NCBI GenBank assembly: GCA_951406725.2 | Contig: OX597824.1 | Coordinates: 70,556,001 to 70,620,000 of the forward strand | Length of the DNA: 64,000 bases | Source of the DNA: Octopus vulgaris | Lineage: Eukaryota | Direction: 5' to 3' | Part shown: in pieces, positions 53,985-64,000 of the stretch | Layout of the letters: each line of letters opens with the position of its first letter | How positions within the stretch are numbered: position 1 is the first letter of the stretch | Translations under genes and position numbers: made by a program | Notes under the pieces: model-generated | What the model was told of the DNA's origin: nothing | The model's input: only the letters and a program-made list of their open reading frames with translations | Databases searched by the model: none

Positions 53985-55183
53985 TAATTATCCAATTAGA
54001 TAGAACAAAGGGAATAGTTAGATGAAAGACTGAACAGTCAAATTACTACTGTTACCACTACAACCTACTAGCAGCACTTAAATTATTGATCAAAGGCTAG
54101 CTTAAAAACTAAATTCTGGCGACAACATGTTAATTAACATTTGCATAATTTCTGTTTTAAATTTTAATTATTGTTATTATTATCATTTTATTTTATTTTT
54201 ATTTATTTATTATTTTTTTGATGAGCTAGTATTTGTTGAAATTTGTTAATTTCTGCTGCATGTGTTGTAAAGTTTTGTGTAATTATAAATTAAAAATTTT
54301 TTTTTTATTTAAATGTGTGTGTGTGTGTGTGTGTGCATGCATGTTTATGTAGGTGTGATGTACATGTGTTTATATATGTGTATTTATATGCATGCATGTG
54401 TGTGTGTGTGTACAGATATGTATGAATATATATGCATATATTTATGCATGTATATGCAGATATGTATGTGTGTATCTATGTGTATGCATATGTGTGCATG
54501 CATATATGTATGTGTATATGTGCATGCATATATGTGTGTCTATGTGCATGCATATATGTATGTGTGTATATGAGTATGCATTTATGTGTGTATATACATG
54601 TATGTATGCGTGTGTACATATATATATATATATACACACATGTGAGCATATATGTGTGTATATATGCATATATGTATATGAATGTTTGCTTTTATGTTGA
54701 GCTACATATTAAAACAATTTAGCATTAAGCTGAAGGATAACTCACTACTTTTTAGTAGAGTACATATTCATTAACTTTGCCATGGGAAAGATTGACAGTG
54801 ACTTCAAAGTTCCATCTCACTCACCTTCATGTATATTTGTGTATCATCATCATATATATATGTGTGTATGTGTAGCATCAGTGTTTTTATACACATGTTT
54901 TCCTTATTTGCATAACTTGGACAAGTCTTCTTCAATACAATGTTTACCCACTTGTAGCTCTCCATCTCCTTAACAAGGCCCGGCCTCATTAGAACAGCTT
55001 TCTCCGCATTAATAGCCATGTCTTCTTCTGTCTTCCTTTTCTGCAAGTTAGCCCTGCTTCAATTACTTAGCCCTTTTGTCATTCTCTTTCCTCGTTATAA
55101 GTCTCTACTTGTACGGTTTTCTCTCTTGCACACTACACATGATGCCCCATTGTACCCTACATATTAGTTCCCTGTACTTTATT

Positions 55184-55607
55184 AGGATCTTTTCAGTTTG
55201 AACGGCAATTTTTTCTAGCGGTGTCATATGAAATTGTCACCCATAATTATGACCCTAGAATCGATCTATTGCATTTCAATCTCTTTTAGGGTTAGGGTTA
55301 GGGTTAGAAGTGGGGGAAGGGTATCTTTTTTTCTTCACAAATGTAAATAAACCCAATCTGTTTCTCAAATGAGGGACATATTCATATGGCACAGAATGCT
55401 TTTTAACTCAATAGACGTCACTGATTGGTTGAAATAGCAGAAATTGAAGAAAAAAAGCAACAAATATCTTATAAGCTATAGAATTTTCTCAATAAAGCCA
55501 AGAGAAAAAGATGTTTTATAAACACATTCTACCAGTATACAAAGTTTAAAATTTTTTAGTTACCTAGAAATTATGTTAAAAACTGCTGTTCAAACCGAAA
55601 AGATCCC
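55184..55607. mobile_element. MITE with 28-bp TIRs and internal (TTAGGG)3
   Basis: TIRs ggatcttttcagtttgaacggcaatttt and aaaactgctgttcaaaccgaaaagatcc. Telomeric repeats at 55286-55307. Confidence 0.85.
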
Positions 55608-55791
55608 TATATTATGCTCTGTTGGTCTTGCACTCTAATGTTACACATCCTGAAGAGCATATTTGTATTATTTTTCTTTTTCCAGCTTTTAGCTATCCTC
55701 TGCATTACATCACAACATTGCTACCATGCAATCAGCATACAAGTTTGCCTTTCCTGCATTTAGAGAGAGAACACCTTTGTTGTTAGCAGGT

Positions 55792-56025
55792 TTAACCCTT
55801 TTGATACCAACCTACATGAAACTGCCCCTAATGCTATGATAACAAACTCCCTGTTTTAAAAAGATTTTTTAATTAGAACCTTCCATCAAAATTGCTCGTT
55901 ATTTTATGTTCCAAACACCAGCAGCTTAATAAAGACAAAGTTATTTTAATAAATTCCTCATTGTTTTCAAAATAAATTGAAACAAAGTCTGTATTTTAAC
56001 AGAATTATAGTAACACAAGGGTTAA
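55792..56025. mobile_element. TTAA MITE interrupting an RTE fragment
   Basis: TTAA-cccttttgatac ... gtaacacaaggg-TTAA, with RTE coding remnant on both flanks (minus strand). Confidence 0.75.
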
Positions 56026-56184
56026 TAGCTATCCCTGAACTTTTCCGCATTCTCTTTCTTCCTTTGGCTTCTGTGCATTGAAAACACTAACCTCTGCTGC
56101 TAATTTAGGTCACCTAGGTAACATAAGCTGTCAACTATTTTGTAGAAAGCCCTCTGCATATTTGAAAGAATTCATTCCATGAAT

Positions 56185-56515
56185 GGCACAGGCGTGGCGC
56201 TGTGTGGTTCGGGAGGTTGCTTTCCAACCACATAGTTTCAGGTTCAGTCCCACTGCATGCCACCATGGGCAAATGTCTTCTGCTATAGCCATAGACCAAC
56301 CAAAAGCTTTGTGAGTGGAATTAGTTGATGGAAACTGAAAGAAGCCTATCATATAGGCATGGCTGTGTAGTAAGAAGCTTGCTTCCCAACCACATGGTTC
56401 CAGGTTCACTCCCTCACTGTGTGGCATCTTGGGGAAATGTCTTCTACTAAAGCCTCAGGCCAACCAAAGCCTTGTGAGTGGATTTGGTAGATGGAATCTG
56501 AAAGAAACTCCTGGC
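56185..56515 (+). mobile_element. Two tandem 5' halves of family A SINE
   Basis: Heads at about 56188 and 56353. Confidence 0.8.
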
Positions 56516-56549
<34 letters not shown>

Positions 56550-57330
56550 TCATCATCGTTTAACGTCCGTTTTCCATGCTAGCATGGGTTGGACGGTTCG
56601 ACCGGGGTCTAGGAAGCTAGAAGGGTGCACCAGGCTCCAGTCTGATCTGGCAGTGTTTCTACAGCTGGATGCCCTTCCTAACGCCAACCACTCCGTGAGT
56701 GTAGTGAGTATATATATATATATATAAGTCCTGGGGTTGATTTCTTTGACTAAAACTTTTCAAGGTGGTGGTCCAGCATGGCTGCAGTCAACTGAAACAA
56801 GTAAAAGAATGCATGCATACATGCAGGGTTGGGTGTGAACATTTTTTGACATCGTGTGATAATTGTAAACGATCATCTCAGTTATTCGTCTCCAATATTT
56901 CAAGAGAGCAGGTTTGGTCATTCGGAATTAACAAGTGGACATTAAAAGTGACAACAACGATTCTTTTATTGCAGTTTAGTATACTTTGCCTCTCCTACGT
57001 ACAAAGCCTTTCTCCTCTCTGTCAGCATACCTGTGAGTGAGTGAGCTGTATCTCTTATTCTCTCATAGTTTACTTTTGGGACACAGCACAGAGTCCCTAT
57101 GAACTCCTTTTCGTGTATTGGAGCCAATGATTCTGCCAGTTTGCCACCTTAATAAACTTTTTGCTAGGGGCCAAAGTTCAGTCTTGAGGTAAGGAGAGAA
57201 TGTAATCAATTTGAACAATTATAATTAACCTCAGTATTTGGCTGGTACTAATTCATATAACACACACACACATGCACATGTATACATGTATGTACATATG
57301 TGTGTGTATTTATGTATATGTGTGTGCACA

Positions 57331-57372
<42 letters not shown>

Positions 57373-57941
57373 GGTGTGTGGTTAGGAAGCTTGCTTCCTA
57401 GCTACATGGTTTCGGGTTCAGTCCCAGCGCGTGGCACTTTGGGCAAGTGTCTTCTGCTATAGCCCCAGGCCAACCGAAACTTTGTGATTGAATTTGGTAG
57501 GCAGAAGTTACTGCCATGTGTGTATATGTGTGTGTAGGTGCTTGTGCCTCACCAAGAGAGAGAGAGAGAGGGAATATATATATATATATATATGTTTGTA
57601 TATATATAAAGTAAAGTGAGAGAAAGCACAAGATATTAAAGTTTTTCTCTCTAATTCCTGACCGGTGGCACATCAAGTCTTAGACTACCATCCAAAAGTT
57701 AGAATCCCTCATTCTTTCACACATTCTCTCATTCTTGCCAACATCCTTGAATCCTTTCTCTCCTTCCCTTCTCTCTCCCTCTCCATTTTGTTATTTCACA
57801 CTCTTTCTCTCTTTCTTTCAAGTCTTTCAAACCTCCACACACAGTTTCCCTTCCACTAAAAACAACATCCTTGAGGAATTGAAGTCATTGTTGAAATGTT
57901 GGTTTTCTTTCTTCATCTGTTTATCTCTATCTCTCTCTCTT

Positions 57942-57989
<48 letters not shown>

Positions 57990-58519
57990 CCTCTCTCTCA
58001 GTTGTTATTTCAAATTTGTAGATTAACAAAATAAAGAAAATTTAACAACAGTCACAAAAAAATAAACTAAAACAAGCATAAGACTAAGACACTAAAATCA
58101 AAATTGTTTATATTATTATCATTATTATTATGAACTTAGAAATTATTTTATTTATGCAGTTAAAAAATTATTTTTTTTATATTTATGTATTATGAAGTTA
58201 GAAATCATTGTTTTTGTTGTTATTTTTAAAAGTAAAGGCCATTTTTAAATTTGTGCTCATAGAAAATGGTTAGATGCAGCAATAAGATCAAAGGGTGAAC
58301 TTCAATTGCTTGTTGAATGAGTCTCTTCAAGCACAAGAATGGTAAAGTAAAGAAGAAAAGGGAAAAAATAGAAAGAAATAAAATGCACACACACACACAC
58401 ATGTACAAGCAAACACACTCACTCACTCACACATACATGTGCATGCACAAACAAAAGACAAGATTTTGCAAAACAACCAACCAACCAACCAAAGAACTAA
58501 ATAATAATAACAATAATGA

Positions 58520-60000
58520 TGATGATGATGATGATGATAGATTTCTTTTATTGGCCACAAGGGCAATGAACGTTGGAATGTTACAGAGGCAGGTTATGTT
58601 TGAAACTGGATGAATGGAATGGAAAGGAAGAGGAAAATTTAGAGGAAATTTGCATTAACACTACAGAAGTGTATGCTACAGTTTCCAGAGAGGACTTCAC
58701 GTGGAGCAAATCTAGGAACCCCACAGACCCAAGGCTACTTTTTCTGTTGTAGTTCTGTTTACAAATACTGCTGAGAGGAGCCCTATTCTCTGGGGTCTTA
58801 CTTGCTATTATCACTCATCTTTCATCGAATTTACTAGAGGGCAGCATCTCCCTCTCCACCCTCTTTGAAAAAGTCAATGAGGGTTTTTGCTCTAGAGGAA
58901 AATGTGTATCTTCAGTCTTTCCTGTAGCATCCACTATACATCTTTCACTATTGTAACTAAACAGAGGAAAACTATCTACTCTTCTCTGCTTAAAAAAAAG
59001 CAACAGGGTGATTTTTACGATAGGCTTGACCAAGCTCTCTTTGAAAAAGCCAATGAGTACATTTTCCTCTGTAGCCAAGCCCTCATTGACTTTTCCAATG
59101 AGGGCTTGGCCATAAAGAAAAGCATCATTCAGTTTCTTTAGTAACCTCCAACATAGAACAACTTTTGTCATTAGCCCTAGGCTGGTGAAACTGCTCTCTT
59201 TTCTCAGCTAAAGAAAAGCAACAGGACAATTCTGTGATGGGCTTGGCTAATAACTAGGTCTGTTCTACATGCAGCGAAAGCTGTTCAACAAAATTCCAGA
59301 AATCAGTAATGCCTGATGATTGAATGAGTACATCTGTAATCATTTTTGTTCTCCGCACACATCTTAGACAAGCTACATTGTCTGGAGAGTTTATTTCAAA
59401 TTAGTGCCACCACCACCACCACCACCACCACCACCTTTTGGTTTAGTACAACCTGACCAATGGTTTCTGGAAGTTGTCCAATATCACTCAAACCAAAAGT
59501 TCTTTGGAACAGATTAGCTGATTGATTATTTTCCATTGATTCCCAGGCCTTCCCCTAGAACATTGTTGCTTTTCTCCATCACTAGTCCTTCATAGAATCC
59601 TCTCACAAGAGTTCCACTGGCCACCTCAAAATAACCATCATTGTTTCTCCCCATCACTGAAGAGAGTGACATTCCCAAGAACTCTTTTAGATGACTGCCA
59701 AAATTTATCTACCTTGTCCTCTCAGGTCATAAAGGGCCGTAATATGAAGGCAATGCTGTTCATATTTAGAGTCACTAACTTATTGTCTGGGCCCAGTCCA
59801 AGCCTTATCAACAATGCTATCATTCTGCCACTATATTCTGGCACACTACATGATGCATATATCTTATAATCCAAAATATGCATAAATGTGCTTGTATTTC
59901 AGAAATCCTGGTGTCTCTGATGGCTACCATAGCTGTGTCTAGTTATCCAAAATCATTCGACCAGTGACCCACTTCCAAGATTCGTGCAATTATACACTCT
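58520..60000 (-). pseudogene. Internally deleted L1/Tx1-like LINE ORF2 relic
   Basis: Minus strand: APE-like start CIIARIL...LDTAMVAIRDTRIS, a zinc-finger-like CLRC...DFWNFVEQL, a C-terminus like 17511-17713, then aataaa and an (ATC)n tail. Confidence 0.7.
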
Positions 60001-60186
60001 GTTCTATGTATGGCTATGTCTGTTGGAGAATGGGAAAAAGGAGAGATTAGTCATATTGTGGCTTGCTAGCCACTTTTTTCCATCTTCTAAGTGTTTTTAT
60101 CCAATCTTCTAAGCTATTTTCACAGATATTATGCATTCAAGAATTCCTTTATTTCCTGTAGAATACCAAACTCACTTCTAAGTTTG

Positions 60187-60221
<35 letters not shown>

Positions 60222-60224
60222 GGG

Positions 60225-60540
60225 TAGAGACCCGTTTCAGTCATGAATGACCATGGGATTGCTCCTAGAAAGTTACCCTCCCAGGCACAAGTCTGGGCAG
60301 AGTTGTTTATGGAAGACCAGCAGACGTCCATATATATGAGCCTCCCCTCTTCATGCCACTGATGTTATAAGGGAAAGGCAAAGGCTGATATAGCTTGGCA
60401 TCAGTGACATCGCAGCTCATTTCTGCAGCTGAGTGAACTGGAGCAATGGGAAATAGAGTGTCTTGCTCAAGACCACAGCACACAGCTCTGTCCGAGAATG
60501 GAATTCACCACCTCACGATTGTGAGTCCAACACTAGAACC
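60225..60540 (-). mobile_element. Family C SINE
   Basis: Consensus match. Confidence 0.8.
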
Positions 60541-60708
60541 GCATCAATGAGTGGACAGCCAAAAGCAAAAGGCATTTAACACATTTAGCAGGAGTCACTA
60601 TGTATTTATTGAGTTCCTTTCCTCTTGTTAATCAAACATTCTTTTATACGCATATATATATATATGAATAAAAAAATGGAGTTAACGCAGGTGTAATCAA
60701 ATATTTTT

Positions 60709-60794
60709 ACTTTCGACACATGTTTCGAAAATTCCACTGATACTATTCAAAAGAATAAATGGTATAAACAATGCAATCTTCTCCTCAGGAAAGT
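60709..60794 (-). ncRNA. Type I hammerhead ribozyme (intact core, long stem II, GUC site)
   Basis: Minus strand: acuuuc-CUGAGGA-gaagauugca..35 nt..uggaauuuuc-GAAA-c(augu)g-UC|gaaagu. Perfect 6-bp stem I; 9 of 10 positions pair in stem II. Confidence 0.8.
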
Positions 60795-60816
60795 GGAAAA
60801 AACAAATTTTTGCTGA

Positions 60817-60867
<51 letters not shown>

Positions 60868-60991
60868 TTCAGCAAAAATTTAGATTCAAATGAATATGGT
60901 ACTTAATTTAGATGTACCAGAATACTGTATGGTGTTATCCATATAAATCCGTGGGGTGATTATTATCAAAATAAGCAACAAGAATGACTCC

Positions 60992-61045
<54 letters not shown>

Positions 61046-61447
61046 CACACACAAAGCTCTGTTTACTTTCCTTGATCATCATTATCATCTTTCCTGTTGT
61101 TGTTGTTGTTGTTGTTGTTGTTATCATTTTACAAACCTCTTCCCCTCCTCTTCCTCGGGAGGGTTTTTTTAGTCAAGAATATTTTAAGTACCTTCTGTCG
61201 GCAGAGTTAGACTGGCACACTCAAATAAGGTAGTCAAAGATTGTTTATTTATATCATTACTCCCCAGCTCCTTTCTCTCTCTCTCTCCCACACACGGATC
61301 CCTTGTTCTCTGATTCTCATCTCTCTGGGTTTTCACTCTCCTGTATATCTGTGTTTATCTGTCTGCTCTTTCTTACTCTTCTTTATCCTTCTCATTCTGC
61401 TTATCTTTGTGTGTGTGTATGTATGGATATATAGTTATTTTTCAATG

Positions 61448-61485
<38 letters not shown>

Positions 61486-62495
61486 GTGTGTGTGTATATC
61501 TATGTACTGTGTGGGTGCATTGCGTTCCGTTAGTATTGATGCTGTTATGTACTTCAGTGTACATATATAAGTACAAATCTCTTTCTCTTTCTCTCTCCAT
61601 CTCTCTCTCTCTCTCTCCTTCCCCAGCTCCTTCCTGCTTCTTCTGAAGAAGTGCTGTATGCATTGTTAGGTGGAAAACGTTACACCATTGATTAAGCAGA
61701 CATCAAATGAGAACGACAAACACTTTTAATTTTGTGGTGTTGGTGGTGGTGGTCGTGGTGGGGGAGGAGCTGGAGCTGGTGCTGGTGAAAGTGCAATAGA
61801 GACAGCAGTCGTCGAAATAGATGTGGGGAGAGGGAGAGAGAGAGAGAGAGATGGCGAGTGAGTGGAGAGAGAGAGAGATGGTGGTGGTGGTGGTGCTGGT
61901 TGGGGGGGAATTTTGGTTCTTTGATGGAAAAGATGATTCTGAAGAATCAAAATAAATTTAATAAAATAAAATAAATAAATAAAAAAACCCTGAGAGGGGT
62001 GGTGGTGGTGGGGGGGAGCAGGTGAGTGAGGTGGGAAAGAACCGCAAAAACTCAGCAAAAAAAAAACCAAAAACAAACAAAAAATAACCAGAATAACAGA
62101 AGAATAAATGATGGAAGAATCAGAAACAAAATGAAATGAACAGTTTCAATTGTTGTTGCTGTTGTTGTTGTTGTTGAAGTTTGTTTTGTTGTTATTTTTC
62201 CTTGTTGTTCAAGATTTCTCTCTCTCTCTCTCCTTTCTGTTTTCTGCCAGTGTTGTTGTTGTTGTTGTTGTTGACTTTGCTTGTTTTTTTTTTTTTTTCT
62301 TGTTTGCTTATTATTTGTAATGTAATCTGTCTTATCCCCTGCACACATATTCACATACATACATATATACACTCTCTCTATATATACATAAAGTGTGTGT
62401 GTATGTATATATATATATATATACATATATCTATATATATACATACATACATACATACATACATATATGTAGATATGCACATACACAAATATAGA

Positions 62496-62542
<47 letters not shown>

Positions 62543-62769
62543 TATGTATATATATATGTGTGTGTGTATGGGGTGGGGGACTTATATGCATCTGCACACA
62601 TGTATATACATTCATGTACATAGATACATACATAATTTTCCTGATACCTCCATGCCTCAACAATATCGTTCCCCACATCTACATCCCCATATTTTTCTTT
62701 CCTTTTCTTATCTTTTTTTTTATATTTTGATGAACAAACTGCACTTGAAGCTAAGTAGTAAAGGTTACA

Positions 62770-62801
<32 letters not shown>

Positions 62802-62914
62802 TACACTTATAATGTGTGTTTGTATATCAAAACTAGAAGTATTTTGTATGTTAGTCTTGTGCAAGCAATTCTGTTTTGTGCTTGAGTGTTTGTATATACA
62901 TATGTTTACACACA

Positions 62915-62956
<42 letters not shown>

Positions 62957-63467
62957 GCTGATGCACATGAGTAAGTGTGTGTGTGTGTGCATGTGCAAAT
63001 ATGTATATATATATATACATATGTATAATCTTTCTATCATAAATGTACAGAAATAGATTTGTGTGTGTGTATGTATAGATGTCTGTGGATGTGTGTGTGT
63101 GTATATATAGATGTCTGGATGTGTGTGTGTGAGTTGTCTGGATTTGTGTGTGTGTCTTTATAGATGTCTGGTTGTGTGCATATGTGTGTGTGTGTATGTA
63201 TATGTATATATATATATATACATACACACACACACATCTGTGTGTATGTATGACAACATACATACATAATACATACATACTTAAATGTGTATGTTGTGTG
63301 TTTGAGATTACTGAAATCTTAAAAAAAAATGTGTATGTTTACACACACTCACACACACACACTCCCACAAATAGACTCTTAATCAGCTATGCTGTTTCTT
63401 TCCTTGCCTGTAAGAAGAAGAAAAGTGATGATGTTGGGCCAACAATGTCTTGGAGCCGACCTCGTCA

Positions 63468-63490
63468 GTTGCCATAGCAACTATAAACAA
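63468..63490 (+). promoter_or_regulatory. RFX X-box abutting a TATA/forkhead motif
   Basis: GTTGCCATAGCAAC (63468-63481) followed directly by TATAAACAA, in a non-repetitive island. Confidence 0.5.
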
Positions 63491-64000
63491 CAGCGCAATG
63501 CCTAGAAAGTTCCTTTCATCTTGTTTCCAAACAGAAAAGCAATTTAAAATGATTTAAAGAAAACTTGAAAACCTCTTGATAATAATTGTCGATATCTTTT
63601 TTTTTTCCTCCCTCATCTTTTATTTATTTATTCATTTAGTTTTGTAAATTTTATATTTTAACATTTTTTTTCTTTTTTGAATTTTTTTTTGTGGTATTTT
63701 TAATTTTAAGACTCTTCTTCATTTTTCGCTCTCACCTCTTCTGCTCCCACTACCATCACCACCACCACCACCACCACTAGCCATTGTCATCGTCGTTATC
63801 ATCGTCATCATCACAATCACCACCGCTACCACCAGCCACATCGTTTCTGCTTCAAACTTCTCAATGGTATTGTGGTTATAATCATCGTTTTCCTTTCCTA
63901 ATTGTCTGCATTTATTTAATTTTGTAAAAGAAACCGAAAAATTTTGTTTTTGTTTATAGTGTTTTTTTAACTTTTATTTTGAAAAGTGCTTTTTGCTTTG

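Noticed and set aside
61643-61686. CTGAAGA-stem...GAAAACGTTA hammerhead-like motif
   Set aside because: 8-nt gap before GAAA and no stem I pairing.
1-64000. Most listed ORFs ([24 protein letters not shown])
   Set aside because: Translations of (TA)n, (CA)n and (CT)n microsatellites or SINE bodies; no protein signal.

Overview
AT-rich, microsatellite-dense metazoan DNA. The SINE, RTE and Penelope repertoire points to a coleoid cephalopod, most likely Octopus (inference, no database search). I can support no intact protein-coding gene: the window looks intronic or intergenic, and nearly all listed ORFs are (TA)n/(CA)n translation artefacts. It is a nested mosaic of at least four tRNA-derived SINE families, RTE, CR1, L1/Tx1 and R4/Dong LINE relics, Penelope-like (RT and GIY-YIG) relics, and hAT, mariner, piggyBac and Helitron-type non-autonomous DNA elements. 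The main unexpected signal is a set of minimal type I hammerhead ribozyme motifs from about six unrelated families. Three have complete cores and stems (15048-15092, 25095-25134, 60709-60794, all minus strand). Their contexts are retrozyme- or Penelope-like: a TSD-flanked insert with inverted ends, a tandem ~300 bp repeat, a tRNA-headed tandem unit, and (TA)n-embedded elements. There is also an RFX X-box abutting a forkhead/TATA motif near 63.47 kb, and closely spaced inverted SINE pairs that could be ADAR substrates. Repeat boundaries are approximate unless a TSD or TIR is quoted.
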